Positions 8,615 through 18,202 of a stretch of DNA of 64,000 nucleotides are shown here, one piece after another (positions within the stretch are counted from its first letter, which is position 1; every line of letters starts with the position of its first letter). Source of the DNA: Methanobacteriota archaeon (GTDB taxonomy: Archaea; Halobacteriota; Bog-38; Methanoflorentales; Methanoflorentaceae); contig OY970393.1 of NCBI GenBank assembly GCA_963720465.1, positions 1,408,001 to 1,472,000 of the forward strand. Reading direction: 5' to 3'. The translations under genes were made by a program, and so were the position numbers. Below the pieces are notes generated by a model. That model saw nothing but the letters and a program-made list of their open reading frames with translations. It was not told where the DNA came from and searched no databases.

Positions 8615-9106
8615 CTAACTAAGCAGGCTGGCTATTTGTGCATTCAATTGATCTGTACTCGTAGGACCGACCAATGGGCTCCCGACTTCAGAGCCACCGT
8701 TCAAAATGACGAATGTCGGGATCTCTGTGGCCCCGTATGAATGGAGCTCGTTATAGCCTGACTGGGTGGTGGTGTCTACCCATTGCACGCTGACCTTGCC
8801 CCCATAGGTCGGAATATTCTGGACCTGTCCCTCAATCGCTTGGCAGTGCGGACAGGACGGATCATAGAAGAAGAGCACCGTCAAACTTGTCGCTCCTCCC
8901 GAAGGAGAGGCGGTGGGCGTTGCGGTTGGCGTGGGCGTTGCGGTTGGAGTGGGTGTCGCGGTTGCTGCCGCGGTAGCGGCTTGAGATGAAGAATTTGCAG
9001 TAGCCGACGCGTTCGGTGACGACGTGGTCGAACTAGTGCATCCTGCTGCGGCCACACAAAGAAGAAGTGCGGCACATATCGCTATCATTGCTGCTTGTTT
9101 TTTCAT
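8615..9106 (-). CDS. Thioredoxin-fold lipoprotein 3 (CPHC)
   Basis: Signal peptide nearly identical to lipoprotein 1; LFFYDPSCPHC; EIPTFVIL. Confidence 0.85.
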   Translation of the reverse strand: MKKQAAMIAICAALLLCVAAAGCTSSTTSSPNASATANSSSQAATAAATATPTPTATPTPTATPTASPSGGATSLTVLFFYDPSCPHCQAIEGQVQNIPTYGGKVSVQWVDTTTQSGYNELHSYGATEIPTFVILNGGSEVGSPLVGPTSTDQLNAQIASLLS

Positions 9107-9291
9107 AAAAAGTCACACCTCGGAAAATGGACGTTCACTGTGAATACAGAGAAACTTGGCTTAAGATACATAAGGTTTCTGTATGCGACATCGTTTCACG
9201 TGACCATAGGCGTTATTTGCCCAAAAAACGGACACATCTTGTTCTTTTCCAGCCGCCGCGTATCGAGCCATCGTGTGACAGAAACGGCAGG

Positions 9292-9939
9292 CTAGATCGC
9301 TGCGATAATGCCATTGATAATGAACTGCACCCCAATGGCGAGGAGGAGGAGCCCGAGGACGCGATTGACAACCTTGAACTCTTTTTCTCGGATGCCCCCC
9401 GCAATAATGTAGGAGTGAACCATCGCGTAATAAACCACAAAAATTACAACAAAAATGGCAGCTAAAACAATGGCAATTGCAGGCCAGCCTAGTTCGGCAG
9501 CGTCCCCAGTTAGGACAATGACTGTAGTTATGGCGCCGGGACCCGCAATGATTGGGATTGCCAGAGGCGTCGCTGCCACATCCTCGGCGTACGCCTGTGC
9601 GCTTTGCTGGAAAGGCTGTTTGGTGTACGATACACGGGCGTAGACCATCTCAATTCCGATCAAGAACAGCAGGACGCCACCCGCGATTCGCAGAGCTGCA
9701 AGCGTTATCCCAAAAAGCTGGAGGATGATGGGGCCTCCTAGGGCGAACACCAGCAGAATAATGAGTGCGTATAGCGAGGCGTCACGCGCGATCACTCGTT
9801 GGTGCGCGCGATCAACGTCCTTTATTAGCGAGACGAAGACGATCGTTACCGTAATTGGATCGATGAGAATGAAGATTGAAGAGAAGGTCAACAGAGCAAA
9901 GCTTAGCAGATCCATGAGCGTCCCCGGCGCGGTGGCCAA
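9292..9939 (-). CDS. MarC-family integral membrane protein
   Basis: FILIDPI, FGITLAALRIAGGVLL, PLAIPIIAGPGAI, RVLGLLLLAIGVQ; start may be ATG 9915. Confidence 0.92.
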   Translation of the reverse strand: MATAPGTLMDLLSFALLTFSSIFILIDPITVTIVFVSLIKDVDRAHQRVIARDASLYALIILLVFALGGPIILQLFGITLAALRIAGGVLLFLIGIEMVYARVSYTKQPFQQSAQAYAEDVAATPLAIPIIAGPGAITTVIVLTGDAAELGWPAIAIVLAAIFVVIFVVYYAMVHSYIIAGGIREKEFKVVNRVLGLLLLAIGVQFIINGIIAAI

Positions 9940-10030
9940 CTCTATTCATCACAATTTGCTCTGGCATTCCGAGCGTTCTAACTGTGTGTCAGAGGCATCG
10001 GCGGGTATATAAGGGCATCTTAGAGAGGCG

Positions 10031-10264
10031 TCACCACGTGCCCTCTTCGAGCGTCTCGCGCGTGCAAAAATAGAGGCCTGTGAGGCCGCACTCGACCCAC
10101 ACGAGGCACGAGTTGCACGGACATCCCTTCTTCTCTGGAAGCGGCTGACGTTTTCCAATGGCGCAGAAAAGGCCTTTGCTTAGGTTGTTATGTCTGAATG
10201 TGGGGCAAGCTCCTTTATAGCATAGACATTTGCCCATATTCTCATATGTATGTCGCGCCGTCAT
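10031..10264 (-). CDS. DUF2769-like small Cys-rich protein 1
   Basis: CLC...CPTF...LFC..G...KKGCPCNSCLV...LYFC pattern. Confidence 0.8.
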   Translation of the reverse strand: MTARHTYENMGKCLCYKGACPTFRHNNLSKGLFCAIGKRQPLPEKKGCPCNSCLVWVECGLTGLYFCTRETLEEGTW

Positions 10265-10372
10265 TTTTTCGGCATAACGCGGAAACGAGCCGTGTGCGGC
10301 AAGGCGACGTTTCGCATCGTTACGAGACGCGCCAGACCCTCTCTCTCAGACTGTCTTGCTCGAGCATCGCAC

Positions 10373-10597
10373 TCATCGTCCTTCAGATCCCTCCGCGCAG
10401 AAATACAGTTCTGTAAGCCCGCAATCGTGCCATACCAGACACGAATCACACGAGCATCCTTTTTTTTCTAGGGATTCAGCGCAGCGGGCTATTGAACAGA
10501 ACAGGCCTCCACTTAAGCTGTTCTGTGCAAACGTCGGGCACGTCCCCTGGTAGCAGATGCACTTGCCCATGTTCTCGAAGGTATTCAGGACGTTCAT
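10373..10597 (-). CDS. DUF2769-like small Cys-rich protein 2
   Basis: CIC...CPTF...LFC...KKGCSCDSCLV...LYFC; close paralog of protein 1. Confidence 0.8.
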   Translation of the reverse strand: MNVLNTFENMGKCICYQGTCPTFAQNSLSGGLFCSIARCAESLEKKGCSCDSCLVWHDCGLTELYFCAEGSEGR

Positions 10598-10633
10598 TCT
10601 ACTTCTGTGACGATCTGCGACCCAATAATCGCC

Positions 10634-10879
10634 TTACGCTGAACCTCGAATGCAGTAGTACCCCTTGCTCAAGTCATATGCCCGAAACACAGGACAAATC
10701 GGACAGTTACAGCCCCGTCTCCCGTACTCCACGTCACTGATGCCCGAAGCGCAGAAAAAGATGCCACTTCTATGGCTGAAATACGACGTAGGGCATTCGC
10801 CACAGATGCACGTTGACGTGTTTAGTTCGGTGACTGGCACGGGCATGGCTTCGCTCACGCGCTTCATTTGCGCGCGCAT
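10634..10879 (-). CDS. DUF2769-like small Cys-rich protein 3
   Basis: CICGECPTS...FFCASG...RRGCNCPICPV...YYCIRG; start uncertain (10879, 10867 or further downstream). Confidence 0.8.
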   Translation of the reverse strand: MRAQMKRVSEAMPVPVTELNTSTCICGECPTSYFSHRSGIFFCASGISDVEYGRRGCNCPICPVFRAYDLSKGYYCIRGSA

Positions 10880-11142
10880 TTCTCTTCTACGTTGTGCGTG
10901 CAAGTATTTCTTTGTTTGCCGCGTTAGGACGGGAGAGACGAACGCACGACGGGCGTGACCGAGTGTGGTAGGACAGGTGCAGTCCGCGGCGACACGAAAC
11001 AACGACGACGTGACAGTCGATAGCATGCCGGTCGTTCTCAGGGACGCACATAGCACGCCTGTTCGCACTAGAAACCTTTATTAGACGCTGCGAGAGTGGA
11101 GCGTACGACGCGAACGCACGCTCGCAGGATCAGAACGCAGCC

Positions 11143-12003
11143 ATGAAAGTACTCGTTACCGGCGCAAGCGGCCTACTCGGCAGCGCCCTCCTTAGGGAGG
11201 CGTCGAAACAAGGCACGACCAGCGTCGCGGCATACAACAGCCGTCCGCTGCACGGCGGCATCCAGATGGATATCACTCAGCAAGAGCAGGTCCGCACAGC
11301 CATAAAGGACGCTGCCCCCGACTATGTTATACACACCGCGGCGTTTACCAACGTCGACGCGTGCGAAGTCGAACCACAGCGCGCGTGGGACGTAAACGCT
11401 CTTGGCACTAAGCACGTCGTTGATGCGTGCAACGAACAAGGCGCGCACGTAGTGTACATTTCGACTGATTTCGTCTTTGATGGAGAGGATGGCCCCTATT
11501 CAGAGGACCACCCGACTCACCCCATAAACGTCTATGGCGAGTCTAAACTCGCCGGCGAACGATTCACCCTAGCGCACAGTGGCAACGCCGTCGCCCGCGT
11601 GTGCGTGCTCTACGGGCCCGACCGACCGAACTTCGTAACGTGGGTTGTCGATTCGCTGCGCGCGAACGCGCCGATAAATGTGGTCAATGATCAGTACAAC
11701 ACGCCGACCTATGTCGGGAACTGCGCACGTGCTCTGCTGCGAATGTGTGAGCTTGGCCTGACAGGCGTCTATCACGTTTCAGGCCGCGAACAAGTCAATC
11801 GCTACGACTTTGCCTGCGCGATCGCGGACGTGTTTGGGCTCAATGAAACGCTTATTAACGTGACCACCACAGACACATTGCGGCAGCGGGCGCGACGGCC
11901 GATGAACTCCTCGCTCAGCGTTGAAAAAGCCGAACGCGCCCTGGGAATGCGCCTTGCGAACGTACGCGAGGGGCTCACCCTTCTGCAGGATGAATGGCGA
12001 TGA
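11143..12003 (+). CDS. rmlD: dTDP-4-dehydrorhamnose reductase
   Basis: VTGASGLLG, AAFTNVDACE, YISTDFVFDG, YGESKLAGE, DQYNTPT. Confidence 0.92.
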   Translation: MKVLVTGASGLLGSALLREASKQGTTSVAAYNSRPLHGGIQMDITQQEQVRTAIKDAAPDYVIHTAAFTNVDACEVEPQRAWDVNALGTKHVVDACNEQGAHVVYISTDFVFDGEDGPYSEDHPTHPINVYGESKLAGERFTLAHSGNAVARVCVLYGPDRPNFVTWVVDSLRANAPINVVNDQYNTPTYVGNCARALLRMCELGLTGVYHVSGREQVNRYDFACAIADVFGLNETLINVTTTDTLRQRARRPMNSSLSVEKAERALGMRLANVREGLTLLQDEWR

Positions 12004-13076
12004 AAGGGTTATTGCTCTCAGGAGGTAGTGGCACGAGGCTCCGTCCGCTGACTCACAGCGGCCCCAAACAGCTCATCCCCGTCGCGAACAAGCCAGTGCT
12101 CATTTACGCGCTTGAAGATCTGCAAAGGGCCGGTATCACCGACATTGCAGTCATTCTTGGCCTCAACGGAAGGGAACAAGTCATCGAGCGGATCGGTGAC
12201 GGTTCGCAGTGTGGCGTGAACGTCTCCTACATCGACCAAGGGGCGCCGCTCGGGATCGCGCACGCGGTCGCGTGTGCCGAGGACTTTATGGGTCATGATC
12301 CGTTCGTCGTCTACCTCGGCGACAACATCCTCCGCCACGGGATTGCTCCGCTGGTCGCTGAGTTCGATGAGGGAGCGTGCGACGCCGTGATTGCACTCCA
12401 AAGCGTCTCCGACCCCCAACGGTACGGCGTCGCCGAGCTTGACGAAGCGAGCGGTCGACTTATACAGCTCGTTGAGAAGCCTAAAGTGCCCAAAAGCAAT
12501 CTTGCGCTCGTGGGCGTCTACCTTTTTACTACCCCGATATTCGATGCGATCAGACAGATCGAACCGTCGTGGCGAGACGAGCTTGAAATCACCGACGCCA
12601 TACAAAAGCTCATCGATACCCACTACATCGTGAAGCACCACGTCATCCAGGGGTGGTGGAAGGATACCGGCATGCCCGAGGATATCCTCGAGGTCAATCG
12701 GCTCCTCCTCGACGATCTCGTTCCGTGCGTCGAGGGCGCCGTCGACGGCGGTGCCGTGGTCAAGGGCCGGGTATCGATCGGCCGGGGCTCAGTGCTGAAA
12801 CCGGGGAGCGTGGTGTCCGGCCCGGCCATCATCGGGGAAAACTGCACGATCGACGCGGGGACGTACATCGGCCCGTACACATCAATCGGCGATAACACGC
12901 ACGTTTCGGGAGCGCACATCGAAGATTCGATCGTCATCGGTGATAGCGTCATCACGTGTAAAGAAACGATCGTCGAGAGTTTGATCGGCGACAAGACGCG
13001 GATACGATCGACCGATCAGAAGCTGCCGAAGGGCTACCGCCTCATCGTCGGTTCCGGCTCGTCGATTGACTTGTGA
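12000..13076 (+). CDS. rmlA: Glucose-1-phosphate thymidylyltransferase, long form with hexapeptide repeats
   Basis: GGSGTRLRPLTHSGPKQLIPVANKP, YLGDN, EKP, ELEITDAIQ, WWKDTG; ATGA overlap with the rmlD stop. Confidence 0.92.
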   Translation: MKGLLLSGGSGTRLRPLTHSGPKQLIPVANKPVLIYALEDLQRAGITDIAVILGLNGREQVIERIGDGSQCGVNVSYIDQGAPLGIAHAVACAEDFMGHDPFVVYLGDNILRHGIAPLVAEFDEGACDAVIALQSVSDPQRYGVAELDEASGRLIQLVEKPKVPKSNLALVGVYLFTTPIFDAIRQIEPSWRDELEITDAIQKLIDTHYIVKHHVIQGWWKDTGMPEDILEVNRLLLDDLVPCVEGAVDGGAVVKGRVSIGRGSVLKPGSVVSGPAIIGENCTIDAGTYIGPYTSIGDNTHVSGAHIEDSIVIGDSVITCKETIVESLIGDKTRIRSTDQKLPKGYRLIVGSGSSIDL

Positions 13077-13176
13077 GCGACCTGGCCGGCGTAAGCGCGG
13101 AAGTTCGATGGCGCTTGAGCCTTATTTTAGCAAAAGAGTTATTACGAGCTCTCTTTATTACCGTATGGTGATCTAT

Positions 13177-13584
13177 GTGGAGGATAGCAACGCAACTATA
13201 AGCGAGGTCCTCGCCAACTTGCAGTCCATTTTCAGTGGCGTTGAGTCGCTGGGCAAGGCCGTCGAATTTGGTGACAAAGTCGCCGTCCCCATCTACCAGT
13301 TCAACTTTGGAACGGGCGGCGGTGGAGGCGGTGGCGGCCGCGAAGGACGAACGAACGACGCCGTCGCGTTTGGACTCGGCGGAACAATCGGCCCGGTAGC
13401 AATCGTCATCCTTGAAAAGGACGTGCCTGGTCCCGGCGGCATACATATTCACGAGTTCAAGTCAAACAAGCTCGGCGAAGCGCTTGCAGAACTTATGCTC
13501 CGTTTGTGGGATATGGTTGAATCACAGATGGGCGGCCGGAAGAAACTGTCAGCCGAAAAGAAAGAAAAACTGATGAACATCTGA
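13177..13584 (+). CDS. YtfJ/GerW-family protein
   Basis: GKAVEFGDKVAVPI...FGTGGGGGGG...GLGGTIGPVAIVI; GGTGA RBS before GTG 13177. Confidence 0.75.
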   Translation: MEDSNATISEVLANLQSIFSGVESLGKAVEFGDKVAVPIYQFNFGTGGGGGGGGREGRTNDAVAFGLGGTIGPVAIVILEKDVPGPGGIHIHEFKSNKLGEALAELMLRLWDMVESQMGGRKKLSAEKKEKLMNI

Positions 13585-13587
13585 CGG

Positions 13588-14139
13588 ATGGATAGTCAAA
13601 CCATGCCGCAAAAAGAAGAGGTAGAACGCCTCATAAAGACGTGTGAAACCGCGAAGGACAGCGTCGCCGCGTTTTCACGCAGCATTGATGATTTTAGCGC
13701 AGTGGTCGAAGATCTGCCCGCCGTCGCGCGGCCCCTTGTGAGGCGTGACTTGCAGGCAAACAGCGGCATGAGCGCCGACGAATGGACGACGTTCCTGGAG
13801 CGGCTCGGCGCGCGCTACGGCGCTATATATGATGAGGCGCGACGCGTTGCTGAGGCGCTGGATGACGACGGCAACGTCGCTGAAGCGACGGCAGCTCTCA
13901 AAGACGCGGCAACCCCGCTCGTAGAAAGCGCTGACGTCGCCGTCGAACAAATGCAGACGATGGAGGCATACTTGGAAGGGCTACCAGCGAAAATCAACAT
14001 AATACCCGACGCCTTCCTGAAGGCCGACGCTCGTGAGGGGCTGGTCAGCTCCATGCCAGGATATGTCGAACGCGCCCGAGCGGTGAAAGAACTTCTTAAC
14101 GAGACGAAAGAAGTACTGAGCTCCATAATCGCCGGTTAG
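13588..14139 (+). CDS. Hypothetical alpha-helical protein, operonic with the YtfJ/GerW-like gene
   Basis: 183-aa ORF 3 nt after the upstream stop; acidic, Ala-rich, genome-typical codon usage. Confidence 0.7.
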   Translation: MDSQTMPQKEEVERLIKTCETAKDSVAAFSRSIDDFSAVVEDLPAVARPLVRRDLQANSGMSADEWTTFLERLGARYGAIYDEARRVAEALDDDGNVAEATAALKDAATPLVESADVAVEQMQTMEAYLEGLPAKINIIPDAFLKADAREGLVSSMPGYVERARAVKELLNETKEVLSSIIAG

Positions 14140-14334
14140 CCGACGCGATACGTCAATCACTGCGTTTTTACGACGGTGTAGCGTTGCCGACTTTGAAAGG
14201 CTAGTGAGGGCTCCCTTTAGCGCGGAAGCGCCTGCAGCGGGCATTTTTTACGCGCTAAACGGCGATAGCGGAGCCGTCGTGCAACGCGACCTTGTCTACA
14301 AGGTTGCGCGGGGCAACGGCTTCCCAAACGCGGA

Positions 14335-16677
14335 TCAGACGGTACGCCCGAGAGAGACGCGATGCCGGTCTTTGAGCTCCTGCTTCTTGCCTTCGTTCCA
14401 GCTTGATACGGCGCTCATGTACCCGGTGACGCGGGCGATGTGTTCCACGTTGGGCGAACCACAGTTGGCACACTCTTCGTGGATGCCTCCTTCGACGTGC
14501 GAGTCATCGAGGCACAGCGTCAAATCCCGCCCCGGCGCGAAGTACCCGATCTGCGTATTCTTGACGATGTTCAGACAGAGCTCCATAAGCCCTTCAGGGT
14601 CGGGCTTCGACTCGCCAAGGAACACGTGCGTCAGATCCCCACCGTCAAAGCAGTGGTAAAAGACCTGTTCGTAGCGAAGCCGATCGAAGAGGTCGATATC
14701 AGCGCTCACCGGGATGTGTGTGCCGTTAGAGTAATAGATCGGCAGATCGCGCGACTTCGACTTTATATACCGCTTGATTGCCTCGGAGACGTTCCCCTCC
14801 ACGACGCGGCGGCACTTGTCGGTGAACTCAGGGTTGAGCAGATCAGCAACGGCGAGCCGCTGCGCACACGATTCTGCGGGCGTCCGCGCGAGGGCGATCT
14901 TGATGCCGTTTTCGTTGCCAACCTGTCGACAGTACGCCTGAAGCTCCATCATGGCGCGTATCGCGAGTTCCCACGCGGCGGGATCCTCGTGTATGGCAGA
15001 CCCCGTGTGGTACTTGACCGCGTCATTCACCCCGACTACGCCGATGGTATAGACGAGGCTGTCAAAGTCGTAGAGCTGGGGCCCGCGCTCGCCCGTATTC
15101 GGGTCGCGCGGGTGCTGTTGCAGGAAGGGGAGGCGATTGCCCGCGAGGAGCGGTTCCATCCACTTGCGCTTGATCTTGAAGAACTCGACGGCACAGTCGA
15201 CGAGGTTCTTGAGGTTATCGATAAAGGCCTCAGTGTCGTGTTCGGCGCGATACGCCGCGCGCGGGACGTTGAGCGTGACGACGTGCCACGAGCCCATCGA
15301 GAAGTGGGCGCCGTCTCTGAAGTAGAGCTTGTCCTCAAAGTGCTGGTCCTCGTCTCGATCGACCTTGAACATATACGCGCAGCACTGGTAGCAGGAGACG
15401 CCCTTCCCCGCGCCACGGTACTCGGGGATCATGTTGTCGAAGTAGGTCGAGCCGAACTCGGCCGAGAGCGTGAACGCGGCCTGGTAGTTGTCCTCAAGGG
15501 TGGGGATCTCAGGGTGGCCGTAGTAAAGGTCCTCGGTGCGCGGCACGATGAATGAGGGCTCGATCGCCACCTCGGGCTTCGGGAAGTTAAAGGGCTTGCC
15601 CCAGTTGTCCCCCTTAGTCATAACTTCCATGATAGCCTTGAAGGCGAGACGCACCTCCCGTTCAAACTCGCCGTAGGTCCGCAGCGGCGCCTGCGTGCCG
15701 TCCCAGACCTTTCCGTGAAGGACGATAGGCTTGTCCTTCCACAGCTCAGGGACGCCAGGGGTGAGTTGTAGGCTGCTGAAGACCATCTGCCCGCCACGTG
15801 CGATGAACACTTGCGTGAGCTCGTAGACCGTCTCTTGCATAAGCTGCTTGATCTGGGTATAGTCGAGGTGCTCGAGATGGGGAGCCAAAAACGTTAAGAA
15901 GTTGTAGAAGCCCTGCCCGCCCGCGCAGTTCGTCTGTCCGGCGGCGAGTGCCTTGACCGCGTGCAGTATAGCGACCTCAGGGCTCTTCGCAGGACCGGCG
16001 ACGGAGGCGTGTGCTCCGGTGCCGTCGGGCATCAGACCGTAGTAAAGGAAGTACCGCAGGTCATAGTCGGCACAGAACGGCCGTACGTTCGCGTACTCCA
16101 TGTCGTGAATGTGAAAGTCGCCCGACCGGTGGGCGTCCCCGATGCTCTGCGGGAGCATGAGCAGCACCTGTTGCTTGCTCAGCTTGTCGTGTTTCTTCTT
16201 GGCTGACGTCTCCGGGTTTGCGGTTAAGTTGGAGTTCTCCTTCGCCTCGAACCCCTCGCCGTGGTCGATGCGGTAGGCGTCGTACAGTGACGTCCCCACA
16301 CGCGAACAGGCGCGCGCCCAGTCGCCAAACCCCTCCTCGAGCAGGACGACGTTCACGAACTCGCGAATGAGCGGGCCGCTCAGCTCGTGGACGTCCATTC
16401 GCTTGATCTTCTTCTCAACGACTTCAGCGATGCGCCGCGCCTCGGGCCGCTTCATGCCCCGCTTTCCATAGAACGTCTGCGCCAGGGCCGTTTCTTGAAC
16501 GAGTTGCTTTACGATCGCTTCGCTGTTCCACGGCAGGATAAACCCGTCACTGGTCCTGACGTTGGGCATCTCCTCGGCTTGTTCGCCAAGGAGCGTCGTC
16601 TGGAGGGTCCGGGGCTGAAGCATCGGGAGCAATGACTTCTTCGGGGAGTGATTTCTCTTTCGTGTGGATATGGCCAT
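14335..16677 (-). CDS. nrdD: Anaerobic (class III) ribonucleoside-triphosphate reductase
   Basis: N-terminal ATP-cone, GDFHIHDME, FNFPK, YQCC, TPAES, YYSN, glycyl-radical motif ARVTGYM, GKKQELKDR. Confidence 0.95.
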   Translation of the reverse strand: MAISTRKRNHSPKKSLLPMLQPRTLQTTLLGEQAEEMPNVRTSDGFILPWNSEAIVKQLVQETALAQTFYGKRGMKRPEARRIAEVVEKKIKRMDVHELSGPLIREFVNVVLLEEGFGDWARACSRVGTSLYDAYRIDHGEGFEAKENSNLTANPETSAKKKHDKLSKQQVLLMLPQSIGDAHRSGDFHIHDMEYANVRPFCADYDLRYFLYYGLMPDGTGAHASVAGPAKSPEVAILHAVKALAAGQTNCAGGQGFYNFLTFLAPHLEHLDYTQIKQLMQETVYELTQVFIARGGQMVFSSLQLTPGVPELWKDKPIVLHGKVWDGTQAPLRTYGEFEREVRLAFKAIMEVMTKGDNWGKPFNFPKPEVAIEPSFIVPRTEDLYYGHPEIPTLEDNYQAAFTLSAEFGSTYFDNMIPEYRGAGKGVSCYQCCAYMFKVDRDEDQHFEDKLYFRDGAHFSMGSWHVVTLNVPRAAYRAEHDTEAFIDNLKNLVDCAVEFFKIKRKWMEPLLAGNRLPFLQQHPRDPNTGERGPQLYDFDSLVYTIGVVGVNDAVKYHTGSAIHEDPAAWELAIRAMMELQAYCRQVGNENGIKIALARTPAESCAQRLAVADLLNPEFTDKCRRVVEGNVSEAIKRYIKSKSRDLPIYYSNGTHIPVSADIDLFDRLRYEQVFYHCFDGGDLTHVFLGESKPDPEGLMELCLNIVKNTQIGYFAPGRDLTLCLDDSHVEGGIHEECANCGSPNVEHIARVTGYMSAVSSWNEGKKQELKDRHRVSLGRTV

Positions 16678-16843
16678 TCGCCCACCTTCTCTATAACGAT
16701 TATATCAGGAGTGGAAACGCATTCGACTCTGTCGGTGATAAATGTCATATTCGTAGTCGGATTGACGAGCATTCGTGCAAATGAAAGGCGTCTATCGATG
16801 CACGACGGGCGTTAACTTCCGTCGAATGTGACTCCTGCAAACG

Positions 16844-16869
16844 GTGTAATAGTTCGATATTTATTACAC
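16844..16869. promoter_or_regulatory. Inverted repeat upstream of nrdD (candidate operator)
   Basis: GTGTAATA-N10-TATTACAC. Confidence 0.45.
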
Positions 16870-17116
16870 TATTCCTTACGATGCGATAGTAAATCAATGT
16901 TGGGATTTGCTCCGCTTAGGCACGCAGGCGCATGTCGAAGCGGGGCAGGCACTGCGAGACCGGCGTGCTCCTCTTCGGCTTACGCACTTTGAACGAGTTC
17001 TCGCTCGCGTCAAAAAAAAGGATGCGCGACTTCGGCCGCTTGAGGCTAGTCGAGAAAAAGCTTACACGCTGCCTCACGCTGTATACAACGTAGCACTCTG
17101 ACTGTTGGCACGCCTT

Positions 17117-17620
17117 CTATGGGGGGTGCTTCGTTTTTCGCCTGTTTTCGCGTTCGACGTCAGCAACGAGGCTAAACCCAGAAATAAGCACTGAACGGCA
17201 AGCGTGCATTATTGAGGCCGCTTGTCTTTGGATGCTCGCCAGCTTAGCGCCATCGGGGTCAACGACCGTCCGTGCTGCGCCATCAAGATTAGCCGCGCTT
17301 ATGCCCGTATCGCCGACATTTATCTCGCGCCAGCCGAGAGCGTCACCGGCAACACGCGCCGCGCGAAGGGACGGCAACGCGTGGCGCTTCAGCCGCCGCC
17401 GGTACGACGAGTAGGCTGCCGTACGCTGAGCGTCCCAAAACTCCTGGATGTGACGGGGAGCGCGCACGTTCGTTTTCTTGTAGCGCGACGCTCCACACGC
17501 GCACACCGCCACGTCGCGGTCGAGCTCGTACCAGCTCGGCGCGAACAAAAAGCGTCTGCAGCGCACGCACCCGAACAGCGCGAGCCTGACGTGTCGTTTT
17601 GCGTGTATCTGCGCCATCAT
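17117..17620 (-). CDS. Hypothetical protein with a Zn-ribbon-like Cys pattern
   Basis: FGCVRC...VCACG; GGAGG RBS before the paired ATGs at about 17620. Confidence 0.55.
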   Translation of the reverse strand: MMAQIHAKRHVRLALFGCVRCRRFLFAPSWYELDRDVAVCACGASRYKKTNVRAPRHIQEFWDAQRTAAYSSYRRRLKRHALPSLRAARVAGDALGWREINVGDTGISAANLDGAARTVVDPDGAKLASIQRQAASIMHACRSVLISGFSLVADVERENRRKTKHPP

Positions 17621-17926
17621 CCCTCCCGTTGGGCCGCACCAAATCGAAAAAGAATTAAGGGAGGTGGGCAGTACTCGCATCGCAGATGAACGGCTTTAGC
17701 GTGTCACAACCTTTTGCTGAAGCCCTTCGTCTCCCCCCAGTATTCTTTTTTGTGTACTCGTTTTTGTAACGACTTTGGTTTCGGCCCTTAAGCAATATCA
17801 GTTGTTAAGATGATAAGCACTGCTCTCAAAGAACAAGGAGAGTATAGATGGGCAACGCAATTTTTTTAGGCCGTTCGACCCGCTGACCCGTGCCGCTTGC
17901 CAATGACAAACGCGCCAGACGGGTTT

Positions 17927-18202
17927 CTAGCAGCGCAAAAGGCTCAAGATCAGATCGAGGTTGAGCTCATCGCCGTGAAAAAGATCATCGAACGTTAAGA
18001 AGGTGTCCCTCACCTGGAGCACTGGCGCGACCGTCGTAAAGACCCCTTGCATGAGGAGGGTCGTCCGCGACTGCGGCGAGTCCAAATCGTGTTCCTCAAA
18101 GGAGATGCCGTGTTCCATAAGGGACTTCTTCAGGACACTGCAGTTGGGACAGACGGGCAGCGTGTACACGTTCACGGTTTGCTTCGTTTCTGATGTCATC
18201 AC
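17927..18202 (-). CDS. Glutaredoxin/NrdH-like redoxin
   Basis: VYTLPVCPNC, VAPVLQV; next to nrdD. Confidence 0.85.
   Translation of the reverse strand: MMTSETKQTVNVYTLPVCPNCSVLKKSLMEHGISFEEHDLDSPQSRTTLLMQGVFTTVAPVLQVRDTFLTFDDLFHGDELNLDLILSLLRC

Noticed and set aside
14440-15555. 371-aa plus-strand ORF and similar long antisense ORFs (3734-4480, 12018-12641, 36343-36969)
   Set aside because: Shadow frames opposite well-supported GC-rich genes, with no recognisable motifs.
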